Shown one piece after another: positions 51,016-64,000 of a DNA stretch of 64,000 nt (the first letter of the stretch is position 1; every line of letters starts with the position of its first letter). The notes beneath the pieces are model-generated. The model was not told the DNA's origin and did no database searches. It worked only from the letters and a program-made list of their open reading frames with translations. Made by a program: the position numbers and the translations under genes. The stretch is taken from contig OZ176051.1 in assembly GCA_964247055.1 (NCBI GenBank), positions 8,742,001-8,806,000 on the forward strand, in the 5' to 3' direction. This DNA is from Paragordius varius. Lineage: Eukaryota; Animalia; Nematomorpha.

Positions 51016-53112
51016 CAGTAGTACTCAAACCGCGGCCCCGGGCCGCATGCGGCCCTAAGAGAGCCTTAAAATTGCCCTATGACCATATTGATACTTAAAT
51101 TTTTTTTATTGATGAATTTTTAAAAAACACATAAACTAATTTTAGCTTATTTTAATTAATTTATTTTCTTGGGTTTTAATTTTGGTAATTTTTATTACCC
51201 AATTTGAAATGTAGATAAAATTCCGTATAAAATGATTCTATAATTTTTGGCACACGTTGTTTCTGTTTCTGTATTCTATTTAATATTCTATTTTGAAATT
51301 TTTATTGCATTCCTTTTTTGTATTTAAGCAAGCCTTTTACCCAAACTATAAATATTCTTTTCATTGCTATCCTTCATCATTTTTTATAATTCATTCACAT
51401 AAAATATTTTTCAAGTCATTATCATTAAATTTCGACCTGTTTTTTTAGAGCATAATTCAAATTATATTCCTATTTTTTGAAAAAACAATATTTAAACATA
51501 AATTTCAAAGGAAATTTAATGCTAAAAACGTAAATTATCCTATGAAAATTGCTCCTTTAAAAAAGAATGGGAAGAAAAATTCTTTGTTGTTTTAAATAAA
51601 AATGTTGGTACCTCCCTTATATGTTAGGATAACATAATTATAAAAAAATACAATATCGAAAGACATCTTAATGTGCGCTCTTCGCGAGATTTTGCCGACA
51701 ACATAATCAACAATGAATAATTAAAATTTTTACCAATGAATAATACCACGAAAGGAAGTGATTTTATCGAACTAATTAGCATTTAGTTCGATAAAATGGT
51801 ATATCTATGAAAAATTGGTTTTGATCTTCACAGATGGCTGTCTTTCTATGATTGTAATAAACAAAAGATTTATTCCTCTTTTAAAAACAAATATAATTTG
51901 CAAAGTATTTTATCCTTTTCACTGCTTTTTCATCAACAAAACTTGGTTTCTCGTGAAAATGAATTACTCAATTTAGTAATTAAAACGGTTGGGGATATAG
52001 TTAACCACATCTTGGTGGAGAATTCAGCCGCCTAAATTCAAAAATTTTCTGAAAGATATCCGCAGTGTTGATGATATTCTTTTGTACACCGCTGTGAGAT
52101 GGCTAAGCCTTAGCAAAGTATTAAATAGTTTTTGGTTTTAAGACATGAAATTCTAATATTTATAAAAGATAACAGAAAGTTTGACGAGGAAATCAATAGT
52201 GAATGGTGGGTTTAATACCAACTTTTGCGACATTCCTTATAAACTTAGTATTTTTTATACAAGTCTTCAAGGGAGCAAAATAATAACCCAATTTTCAAAT
52301 CAAATATTTGGTTTTGAAGAAAAATTAATAATATATAAACAAAATTGTATAAATACGCCACTCCTATTTTTCCAACACTTAAAACCATTCATGAAGAAAG
52401 TATAGAATTTATCGCGTAAATTAGTTTAATAATAATAACAAATTTGACATTTTTATGTAATGATATGAAATTCAAATTTCAAAAATTAAGATAGATAAAA
52501 AATTGGTTAAAACTCGTTGAAAATCCATGGCATATGGATATATCCAATATTAAGCAACTTGAGCATTTCGGTTTTGATCAGGCACATATCATTGAAGAAT
52601 TCGTAGATTTGAAAAATGATTCCAATTTTGCAGGCTATATTTAAGGAGAATCTTAGAGAAGAAAGATATGTAGAGTTTTGGCAAGATGTGCCAAATAAAT
52701 ATGAAAATATAAAAAAATGTGGTTGTCCTAACTGTTTTTCCCACACGTGTGAGACGGCATATTTAAAAATGAAGTATGTCAATTCATACAGAAATCGCTT
52801 AACCGATAATCATATGGACGACGTATTAAGATTGGCCTGTCATGAGGCGAAGACGAAATCAAATTTGTCAATAATTTTTGGTTATAATCAAAATAACGGT
52901 TGTTATCAAAATATTATAATTTTTTAAATTAAATGGTGCAAAACGAGTTTTTTAGCTGGATTTTTATGCGATCCGCAGAAAATTCATTATGCTGATTAAG
53001 ACTATAAATATGTGCACATGTGTCAAATAGCTAATGAATATTTGCCATTATAAGGTTCATGGCCCTCGAAAAAATATATTTTATTTGGCCCGTCAAATTT
53101 TTTTGGTGAGTA
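51016..53112 (+). mobile_element. Decayed SPIN/GTF2IRD2-type hAT transposon
   Basis: Left TIR CAGTAGTACTCAAACCGCGGCCC after ATCTAGAG. Fragments EWEEKFFV...KKYNIERH, LLYTAVRWLSLSKVL, and ORF 52616-52927 (EFWQDVPNKY...HTCETAYLKMK...RNRLTDNHM). Right end approximate. Confidence 0.85.
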
Positions 53113-53946
53113 TAGAGTCAAAAATTGGAACAGTTCAAAAGAATTAATTAGACAGCTAAAATCAATAAATATTAATTTGCTGGCAAAATGAAACCTGAAT
53201 TACTTTAATTTCTATTACATTTTCTGACCATAATCTACAATATTTGTCTTTTGTGGCGATTTTAATAAAAGCTGCTAAAATAGGAAAGATGCATACTAAA
53301 TTAGAAACTTTTTATATAATTTTTTAATTAGAGTCTAAAAGTTAAACTAACAGCTATTATATATAATAAATTTGTTAAAATGCAATCAAAAGCGTTTTTT
53401 GTTTTATATTATTTTACCATAAAAAGTTTTTGCATTTGCGGATTAAGGAGATGTTAATATTCCATTATAAAGATTTTTTGTTGATCCGCCTAAAAGGCCA
53501 AAAAAGCAAGTTATAATGCTCGATATCCATACCTTTTGAGTTATTGAATATCAGAGGAACGTTTTTTCCAGTTGGCTACATTTTTGAGAGAAATTCACGC
53601 AAGTACTTCATTAAGTAATAAAATATTTTTTAACTCTAATTATGCATATATATATATATATATATTTACGAATTGGGGTGACTTGCAAGGCCATTTTAAA
53701 ATAAATTATGAAAAAAATTCTTTTTCTCTCCGAATAATTGTGTTTTTTAGGGATAGGCTTTTTATTAATTCCATAATAATTTTTTTGTTTTTATTTTAAA
53801 AGCACTTCAGATGCTAGAATAGATGCCTCTTTTATTTCTCCGTCCCGAAAAGATATGATATTTTTTACTATGCTTTATAATAATTTTTAATTAGCAAATA
53901 TGGATTTTTTTTATTTTTTGCTTTAAATTTATCATTTATGGTGTAA

Positions 53947-55203
53947 CACTGTGTGCAAAAAAATTTTTAACGAAAAAATTTTTTTTTCATGAGATAGCTT
54001 ATGACCAGCGTATTCATTTGCCGCAAAAATTTTTATTTGTTGACAACCTAGTTTTTGAAATATTGAGAGAAAATCGAAATCGGGCAAAAAGTGAAAATTA
54101 AGGATAATTAGGGATAATTTAAAAAATAATGAAAAAATCTGAAATATTATCGTTTATTATCATTTTAGGAGATATATAAATAGCCTAAATTCATATGGTT
54201 TGGGTTTCTATAAAATTTCAGGTCAAAGATGGCGTTTTTCTTATATCACACTTAAAAGACAAAAAAAATTTAATAAATCTAAATTAAAATATTTTTTTTT
54301 TAATTATTTACTACTTAAACTCACTATTAAAATCTTAACATTAATATTTTATTCAGGAAAATAAACTTCTATATCAAAATAAAACCAAAAATACTGTTTT
54401 TTATTTTAGCATTTTTTTCTATGGTTTATCAGTGTATAAAAAATTTATACTGTTTTAATGTGGATTCTTAAATGAGTGGGAAATATTTAGTATATAATTT
54501 ATGCAAAATAGGATTGAAAATTAGTGAAATATCAACCAACAATCCGTACGAATCCCAATACAAATATTAATTTGTCAAAAAACAGACTTGTTACAGGAAA
54601 TTGTAAGGATTGTTGGTTGATGTTCCACTACTTTTAAAACCTATAAGTATACTTAATAATGCTTCATGTAAGAATCAAAAATAAAACAGTATAAATTTTT
54701 TATATACTCACAAACAGATGACAAAAAAATGCAAAAATAAAAAAAACGATATTTTTGGTTTTATTGTGATTTAGAAGTTAATTTTAATAAATAAAATATG
54801 AATGTTAAGATTTTAATACTAAGTTTAGGTAGTAAATAATTAAAAAAAATTATTTTAATATAGTTTTATTAAATTTCTTTTTGTCTTGTAAGTGTGATAA
54901 AAGAAAAACGCCATCTTTTGATCTGAAATTTTATAGAAACCCTAACTATATGATTTTAGGCTATTTATATATTAAAATACCCCAAATGATAATAAACGAT
55001 AATATTTCAGATTTTATCATTATTTTTTAAATTATCCCTAATTATCCTTAATTTTCACTTTTTGGCCGATTTCGATTTTCTCTCTTTCAAAAACTAGGTT
55101 GTCAACAAATCAAAATTTTTGCGGCAAATTAATACGCTGGTCATAAGCTATCTCATGAACAAAATTTTTTTCGTTAAATCAAAATTACCCTCTTTACACA
55201 GTG
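53947..55203. mobile_element. Near-palindromic foldback MITE with Tc1/mariner-like ends
   Basis: CACTGTGT...ACACAGTG|TA. The ~600-bp arms are reverse complements along their length (e.g. TCAACCAACAATCC 54532-54545 vs GGATTGTTGGTTGA 54607-54620); loop about 50 bp. Confidence 0.88.
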
Positions 55204-57086
55204 TAAAAATAATATTTTCGGAATAAAGCATTTACTTTCATTAAAACATTTTATTTAAATTAATAAGCGGTATTCGAATTTTTAATCAAATCAAATGGTA
55301 ACATTATTAGGAAAATTTAGAGCACCTAATGAAATTCTCAATACTTTTGATATGAACCCTGAATTACTGTGTATACCTGTATAGCAAATAAAGCTTTTTT
55401 GTATTCATCAAAATTTAGACATACTGATTTTAACCAAACACCTACTAATTTTTATGAAAAAATTGTTAAAATCCTTTATAGCTTTATTAGTGAATCAAAA
55501 AGAAATTAGCAATAAAATTTTTGTGATAAGGATTTTCTAACAATTTGTAATTAAATATAACTTTAAAGAATGCGGTCAAAAGCTCATATCTAAAGGCGGT
55601 ACGATACCACTGGATCAGGTTCAAATTTATAAATGCTTTGGAAAATGATTGCGGTAATAGCCAAACATGAAAGAGCTGCAGACTCAAATTAGCCTGTGCG
55701 AATGAGCCATATGTTAGTCGGTTAAAAATATCATTTAAAAAATGAACCTTTTTACACCACAAAAATGGTAAGACATTTTGAGTTTTATAACATAAAACAT
55801 TCGATGATTCACCTGAATAATTTGAGCCGGTTCCACTGATTCGTCTGGCACATGGCCTTTAATCTAGATTTGATACTATCAATGATTTTTGATTTTAACT
55901 CTTGCAATGAGGTAGTTTAAAATCAAATATATCAAAAAATATGGAGTAAATAGTTACCATTGCGAATTTGCGCTTATAAAAAATTGATATACCGAAATAT
56001 AAAACAATTATATTGACTTATTTTATGGAAAACTCTAATGGAGTTTTTTTGATAACCATATTTATTTTTGGCTTATTTATATACAGAATAAGTAAGTATA
56101 TATTGCTGAAAAAAAGTTATTAATTATTGCCAAATAGCATATGCAACAAAGAGAATTTTTATTAACTTTAATAGTTATAAGTGAAAAAAATAACTATAAT
56201 CCATAATTAAACTTCCCTTTGTTGTATATGCTGGCAACTAATGACTTTCTAGCAATGTATACTCATATTTAATTATATTAAATAAAAGCATATAAAGTAG
56301 AACCGTACACTTCAATAGTAAATTAAATAGAATCGGGGTCACTGAATACCAATTTATATTAAAATCTTAATGTACTAAAAAATTTACTAAGTAGGTTCAC
56401 ATATTCGATCTAAATAAGGGTAGTTGACATTATTAAAATACGAAATAATTTTACCCCTTAAAAAGTTTGAACTAAAAAATATATAAATTGAGTGGATAAT
56501 ACTTGATTTTTGCATGATTTATCTTAGATATGGTGAGTGGATAATCCAAATTTAAAATAGGAAAATATTTATTTTGTCAACATATGATAATTCAGAATTA
56601 ATTTTAGCGGCAAATTCCAAAAATTTTCTAAAAAAAATCAAGGTGTTGTAGTTTGATCAAACTTTTTTGCAAAAACAAACTTTATTTAATCTTGAAAAGA
56701 ATTTAAAATAAAGGATAGTGATACTGCTATTTTTTTAGTATTGTAATAATATCCATTGCAATTTGGCTAGTCGTCTGATTTGAGCAAGTTATAGCACCTT
56801 GATCTGAATGGACCAATGATTAAGCCTACCACTTCGATTTAATACTTTATGAGCTTTTGGGGGTAGTTTTATATTCCAGAACGATTTGGAATTCGAATAT
56901 CCATGCTTACGAATTGTGAGGAAAAGGTATGGTACACCTACACTATTCGATATATAATTTTGTCTTAAAAATTGTAATTTTAACTCCTCTCCATATATTA
57001 GAATAGTTTTAAATCATACAATCTTTTCATCACAATCTCCCATCATTTATTCTCGTTATCTATATCGAACCTGCGCTATCACATTC

Positions 57087-59720
57087 TTGCCTCTTCAATT
57101 GTTCAAACATTTAGGGAATTTGAATATAAGGATTGGGACATGGAACCTTAGAGATGCTAACAATAATAGTAGAATTGACATAGTAATAATAAATATGATA
57201 AAACACAACATCGATATACTCGGTGTGAATGAATCTCATATCCCTTTTAATGGCATTTTAATATTCGTAAATCACGTACTATTTTATTCCGGCCACAGCA
57301 TTATCAAATACAATGGTACAGGTATTATAATGAGTAAGAAATTAGCAAAATTATTTTACATCTATAATCCTATTAACGAAAGCATGATATCAATGCGTAT
57401 CCAAACTACACCTCAACCTATAAAAATCTTCTAAATCTACGTTTCAAACAATTCATACAGCGACGACAACTCTAAAACGTTTTACAATGAGCTAGAAGCA
57501 TAAAGCAAGCTTCGAAAAAAATTCTGTTTCTGGGATAATAATAATATAGGGAGGAAAACACATACCCTGCTACAGAAGACAAAGGATTGGGAACAAACTA
57601 TGAAGACAATATCATCGAATTTTTCCAAAATCATAATTTATAACAACCTTCATTCAACAACCCAAAAGACGCCTCATGGCGTTCCCCGTGCCAAAAATAC
57701 CGTAATCAGATTGATTTTATAATTGATATGAATAAATATAAAAGCTCATTCCAAAACCCTAAATGTCATCCTGCCTCTGACTGCTACAGTAACAACCTTT
57801 TAGTTACTAAACTGTGCAAGCTCTCCGATACCCAATAAGCCAGAAACATTTAGTAAAACACTAGAATAATACTATCGGTAATTTTAGCATCACATTACAT
57901 AATCGCTTTGATAATCTTGACAACCCAAAAAATTGTCAAAACATAGAAAGTACATAAAATTTTATTCACAAAATCTGCAAAAATACAGCCGATGAATTTA
58001 TATATTCTTAGAAACCATCCAAAAATAAAATTAAACTATCAGCAAATAGTCTTGATACAGCTGAAAAACGCAGATTAGCAAAAGTCAAAGGGTTGTGTAA
58101 ATACACAATTTTAAACACCATTTTCAAAACAGCATAATGACGGATAAAACATAATTGTGTGAAAAGCTAGAAACCGACGCCAAAAACAATCAAAACTTTT
58201 GCCCAAACAAATAGGATAAAACAAAACAAACATTATAATTACCGCGGCCGCATGAGAAACGCTGATAATTATCTTGTCACGGATAAGGCCAAAATCTTAA
58301 AAATTAGGCACGATCACATAAACCTCTACGAAACGAAAACCATTAAAATTTATAATGAAAGCACCCAGGAAAAAGATCATCCTTTGCTAAAAGAAGAAGT
58401 GGAATGGGCTTTAAAATATTAAGCCATAGGAAAAGTGCGCACATCGATATACCTTCTGAAATCATAAACCAATCCCGCTAGATATTCTTCACGATTTTTT
58501 TCGAAACTTTTACTCGGATGAGGAGAGGGGTAAATTTATATTATTATCTATTCTGCAAAAAGGAAATCCCGAAATATGTAACAATTATATAACAATATTT
58601 TTAACAAATCAAATGCCTAAAATCTTAAAATCATTTAAAAAGCCTTCAATCTATGTTAACCAGAAATATCACTTTTTCGGGCTGGTTTCCAAAAAGGGCG
58701 AGGATGTAGAGCTATGATAGCCAATATGAGTGGACAATGGACACAGAGAATTCAATACATATGTGCTTTGTGGATTTTTCCATAGCTTTTGATTCCATCC
58801 AACATAATCATTTACTTTCATTCTTAAAACAACTAGGAGTTTCAACTCATTTAATTGTAATATTCAATATAGTTAAGTTCGACTGCTATGGTTTTCATAA
58901 ATCATGGAGTAACTGATCCCTGCATGGTGAATGTGAGGTTACGTCAGGGCTGCAACTTATCGTCTATTTTTTTAATCCATATCTCAAATGCATAATGAGA
59001 AACTTATTCGATACATTCGGGGTCCAGGTGGGAGGCGATCTACTCTATTCACTATGCAGACGATACGGTCATATTCTCAGACACTCATTGGCCTCATACT
59101 ACAACATTTTGTAGATCTCTCAAAAATATGGCTTGAAGATTAATTAAAGACAAAGATAAAACAAATTAACCCGAAAGGCCGGGAATTCTATTAAAACAAT
59201 CAAAAGTTACACATACGGGAGCTTAATACGTGACGATAACAATTGTCTTCACCAGATAAAACGGGGGATAGCTCTAGCCAAAACGGAATAATTATAACTT
59301 AATTTGGGCACCCATGATGTCAGCTTAAAATGCAATTTGACTCACAAATGTAATTTTTTCCAACTTTAATCCGAACGGATAATAACCTTCTTTGAACTAT
59401 GGGGAGAGGAAAACTCCTGCAAATAAAATGGACGGATAAAATATCTAACGCTTTAAATAAAATCAATCCGATATGTCATTGCTTGGAATGTCCTTCGGCA
59501 CCAAACTACTACTTTGGTCACATTATGAGATCTAACTCACTGAAAAAAAATTTTGATGTTGGGAAAAGTTTGTGGCACACGTAAAAGGGGCCGAAGAAGG
59601 ATAAGGTTGATGGACAATATTCTAAACCAATGTAACCTTGGCAGAACTCAACATTAAAACCAAAAATCGCAAGAAGTTTTATTTAGAATATTGAAAAAGT
59701 CGACCTCGACTGTATCAATA
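57087..59720 (+). mobile_element. Heavily decayed RTE-BovB-like LINE
   Basis: APE IRIGTWNLR...NIDILGVNE...YNPINESMISMRIQ; RT-region KGNPEICNNY, AGFQKGRG, MCFVDFSIAFDSI, RQGC, YADDTV; C-terminal YFGHIMR. Confidence 0.88.
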
Positions 59721-61863
59721 TACACACAAAATGTATTTAAGGTATAAGGCTTTATATAAATATATTTATTTAGCTGGCAAGGCGCATATTATCATAAACT
59801 TTTTCGCCGCAATTTAATTTATATTGGCAAACCCATAGGCTAACAAATATTGCAAATTACCAGCATCTGGAAATTATTTATTTTATAATCAGTTTTTTAG
59901 TTTCACACCTGGATAAACAACACATTCATTTCAGTCCTTTAATTCAAATTGGCGTCTTTGGGGACCCCTGGCTTATTCAAAATAAAATATTTCTTAAAAT
60001 ATGAAACAAACGAGAACATATGCAAAAGTTTGCACGTATATAACATTCAACCGAAATATAAAATAAGATCATTTAAAAAACTTGATAATACTTTTATGGA
60101 TAAACTCCATGAAAAAATTTATTCTTTAGTGCGATTATTAAATCCCAAAACAATGTAAAATAAACCACCTTTCCTTTATATCAATGTTAGCTTATTACCT
60201 TTTGGAATAATTTCATGTCCCAGAGCCATTTGAAATTTAAATATCTAATTTTTCAAACAGACAATATTCAGATATTTTTAAAAAACTACTGAAGGAAACG
60301 GTTCCAATTTAAATTTGTGCTTCTATCTATCTCTTAATGAAATTTAGTTTTAAGAAAAGTTACGTATCAAACTTCTTGGACGCCATTTTTATTTTAAAAT
60401 ATTTTTGCAAAATATCGTGTTTATTTGATTTTAAGCCAAAATTAAGTGTGCTTTTTTAAAATTACACTTAACATTGATATAGACAGAAAAAGTGGTATAT
60501 TTTTCTTTATTTTTATATTTAGCTTATGCACACATGTCATGTTGGCAGAATTTGTACTTTTAGTTTTACCTCATGAGTAATATAAAGTATTTTTAAATGA
60601 CCTTTTTTGCTGCCATTTTTAACTATATTTTCTAAATCGTTAATGCAAAAGGTAATGTAGATAAGTAACTTTAAAAAGCTTTCAGGCTACATTTTACCAG
60701 CAAAACTAGATATGTTTCATATATCTTTGATCTTGTTGAGCTGTCCGAATTTTAGACTCTAGAAGTCACGAAACTGTAAAATATTTTTTATCCCATAACC
60801 AGTTTATTATTAGACTTTAAGTAAAATAACTTTAACGGTAGTTTAATTAGAAAATGTGCTCTGGGTTAAATAACCACCCCAAAAGTAAACTAGGAAAAAA
60901 AAGTTAATGAAGTGTTAGATGTAATTTAAATAAAAAATTAGCTTTTTTAATGTTAGTCAAATTAACATTATATTTTACCATAGCGAGTTTGATCTGGAAC
61001 TTTTTTTCACTAAATCCTATTTAGATCTTTAAGCCTATTTATATAATCGAAGAGTGGTGCTTTTCCCAATTTTAGTCTCAAAAACTCGTGCTTCTTATCT
61101 AATACAGAAGAACAATGTATGATAATTAATTTTAACTAAACTAATTTTCAAAACAGTAAATTTACAAGATTGATGTGTGGATATATAACTATTTTAATTT
61201 GTCATCGCAGAAAAATAGGTCATGAAATGTTAACATTCACCTTGTTTTAAATGGGATATCTAAAGACCTTAGACCATATTTTAATTAATATTAAAAAACA
61301 ACTGAAGTACACGGTTCAAATTAGAATAAATAAGCTAATATTTTCAAACAAAATGGGTTTAAAATTATTTTTAAATTTATCTAAAGCACATATGTTGTTT
61401 TGTTGGATCCTACAGGTTTATCCTTAAAATAAATAACATCAACTCCTTTTTTAAGAGAAATTATTTTTATTCAATGGTTTTAATTTTATATTTTAAAAAA
61501 TATTAGATTTTATACAAGGGTCTGTAGTTATATGTGTTGAACTCAAGAAAGAATTTTACGAAGTCATAAATTTAATAAATATCGCGATCGCAATTTTATG
61601 CACCAATCTAGATAAATTATTTTAAATAACACCCAAAAATTTTGTTTTAAAAAACGCTTAAAGTATTTCTTTGCCATTTTTTAATAAAAAATATGAATAG
61701 TACCTCCTTTTTTATATAAAACACGATGTAACTAGTGATTTGTTTGACAGTGATATATAGTAAAAATATTTATAATATAAAATATATTTCCCTAAAAACT
61801 ATTGCACGAACACGAATTATTTGACACATATTGTAAATATTATAACATTGATGGTATTATTTG

Positions 61864-61875
61864 TGTCACGTGACA
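61864..61875. promoter_or_regulatory. Palindromic E-box / CLEAR-type site TGTCACGTGACA
   Basis: Perfect 12-bp palindrome about 130 bp upstream of the ATG at 62008. Function is inferred only. Confidence 0.4.
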
Positions 61876-62007
61876 ATTAACGAGTTGGAACCTGTATTAT
61901 TTTTACGCTGAATATCAATTCTGAATAATTCATTTCTATGCATCGCGAACATCATCATTTACCTCCCTAACATTAGTTTTTAAATCTATTCAGATATATA
62001 TATAGAT

Positions 62008-64000
62008 ATGATTGAATCCCAACTTCCAATTTACTTTATATCTTCCTCATCACAATTACATTCTTCGATTACATCAACAATTACTGACTCAATATACCTT
62101 ATTAATTTAAGTCAGACTTATAAAAATATTAATTTGCTATCGAGTGTATCAAATATTCATCCCTTTTTTGATACCACTATTATATCAAACCCCAAATTTT
62201 TGACCTTTCTTACTCAGCGGGGCATTGGCTTATCTTCTTCTGTCCCCAAACAATCACTTATATACCTTAATCAATTTGCTAATACACCTATACTTTTAAA
62301 TACACCCCTTCTATCTGAAACATTTTTATCACAATTGAAAACAATATCGAACAAACAGAATTTGTTAATATCGGTATCAAATGAACGAAATGTCAACAAA
62401 TTAGTCAAATCTATCTTACCTTCACAATGTGCTATCACCATTGATATAGCTCAAATGTTACGCTATAATGTCGTTGTGTCTGCTTTATATCGTAAATTTA
62501 TCTCCACTAACGTCACGGGGATCGTTTTAACAACTAGTGCGCTCATTCCAACAAACTCTTTGTTCTGGCACAAAAAGATTGTATCATTGGCTCGTCGTGT
62601 TTTAGATATGTTTACACAAGAGTTTGGCATGTCGATACAACATATCTTTTTTGCTATACCTAATTTTGCCGTTTTTTCTTCTCCTAATGCGTTATTACAG
62701 GTATTTTTTATTTGCCTAGCAATTATTGACCATATTGATATAAAACATGTGGAGAAAATTGACACTTTGGATAAACAATATTTTTGTTGCGTAGTTATGT
62801 TCCTTATTGATATATAATTTACCAAAAATTAGTTATTTTCAATGAACAGGTAATTGCTTTAATTACTTGAAATATTTAAGATTGTCTTAAATAGGCTGTT
62901 GAAAATATATTGAATAGTATTTTCAGGGTAAAGTATTATGATTATTGTTAACTTAGTATGTTTTAAAAAAAATTATCAGCTTTTAAACATATTTTAAATA
63001 ATCTAATCCTGTATAGCCCGGCTTGTAATTAAATTTTTATATGATTACTAGCGTAAATCTCGGGCTGTACATTTTTATATGATTATTTCATATATTTTAT
63101 ATTTTTTATATTATACTATAGTTGAATGAATTGCTGGAACATGAATTGATTAAACCTTTTACGGGTTTAAAGATTGGAGCCGATGTGTCGGATTTTTTGT
63201 TATCGGGGCTTTGTGATACTCATGTTTGGTCCATTCTTTCACCCATCATGGCTGTACACAAGGCTCCTGAAATTGAGTCTTCTCACTTGTCCGATTCACT
63301 TAAGAAAGATGAAACAAAAAACTGCCTCTATATCAATAGCAGTGTATACGATGCTTTTACCCATTTTTCTACTCTTGTTCGACCGGATGACGATACACTT
63401 CCTAACCTTTACCAGGCTGCCACGTCAAATGTCAACACCAGCGGAAATTTGGCAGTTTCGCTAGTTGTACCCAGCTCACTTAACCGTGTTAAGAAAGATT
63501 GTAAAAGTAGTTTTGAAAATATTCACTATGATGTCTATGGCCACACTGGATTCGATGATACAGACAAAATTTTTACAAAGCTATCCTTGAGTTCTGATAT
63601 CACCGATAAAGATTGGCTTCATATCCATTGTTCAACTATTCGCCATGATGGTCAACTTTTGACTGGTGAGGAAGAAAGTGACAACACTATGTTTTTTGTT
63701 GATGATTTGAGCGAACTATCTAAGCCTAGGTTGCGTTATGATTCTGCCATTCCTACACTATTCTATGCCCATGAATTAGATAAGTAAAAGCATTTTATGC
63801 CATAATTTAAAACATTTCGATTTAATATATTTAATTTACATTTTATACGGGTTTTAGAAACAAAATACTTTCAGTTATGCAACCACATTTCATCGTTCAG
63901 TCTTACCATATACCTAACAGTGATTATATGGAGGAGGATGAGCTTTGCCAATTTGGATGCGTTAAAAATGTATCATTTGATTGCGACATCGATCCTGTCC
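62008..64000 (+). CDS. Ornithine decarboxylase-fold pseudoenzyme (antizyme-inhibitor-like); exons 62008-62700, 63122-63783, 63858 to window end
   Basis: Collinear similarity to recalled ODC segments: DSIYLINL~DAFYVADL, HPFF..SNPKFLTFLTQRGIG~TPFYAVKCNDS..L..LGTG, ARRVLDM~ARCVFDM, YINSSVYDAF~YVNDGVYGSF, VYGHTGFDDTD~IWGPTCDGLD, DKDWL~VGDWM. Introns are GT-AG and in frame. Confidence 0.78.

Noticed and set aside
55540-55750. KECGQKLISKGGT, a BED-finger-like fragment, and ORF 55487-55762
   Set aside because: Too short and interrupted by stops; at most a hAT remnant.

Overview
Very AT-rich animal (eukaryotic, probably protostome invertebrate) genomic DNA with GT-AG introns, (TA)n microsatellites and a heavy load of decayed and nested transposons; the species cannot be determined from the sequence. 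Host genes I can support: an intronless class-A peptide-type GPCR (33651-35354, -); a MYDGF-like gene (41826-42570, -) head-to-head with an intronless JHAMT-like SAM methyltransferase (42824-43996, +); an ornithine-decarboxylase-fold protein with every recognisable catalytic motif degenerate (62008 to window end, +); a hand-assembled 4-exon prepropeptide gene with KR/GKR sites (47783-50600, +); and a hand-assembled 5-exon secreted protein made of repeated Ig-like beta modules (23409-28533, -), flanked by a probable pseudogene paralog and a second candidate paralog. Mobile DNA: two RTE-clade LINEs (one full length with a 12-bp TSD), Buster/SPIN-type hAT relics and MITEs, mariner relics, a Helitron-like family, a 1.26-kb near-palindromic MITE, and a foldback family with TATACCATTT ends and 21-bp subterminal arrays whose members occupy the same internal site of their own family twice. 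All gene models and family assignments were made by eye and from recalled motifs; no database search was run. Many short ORFs in the supplied track are artefacts of repeats.
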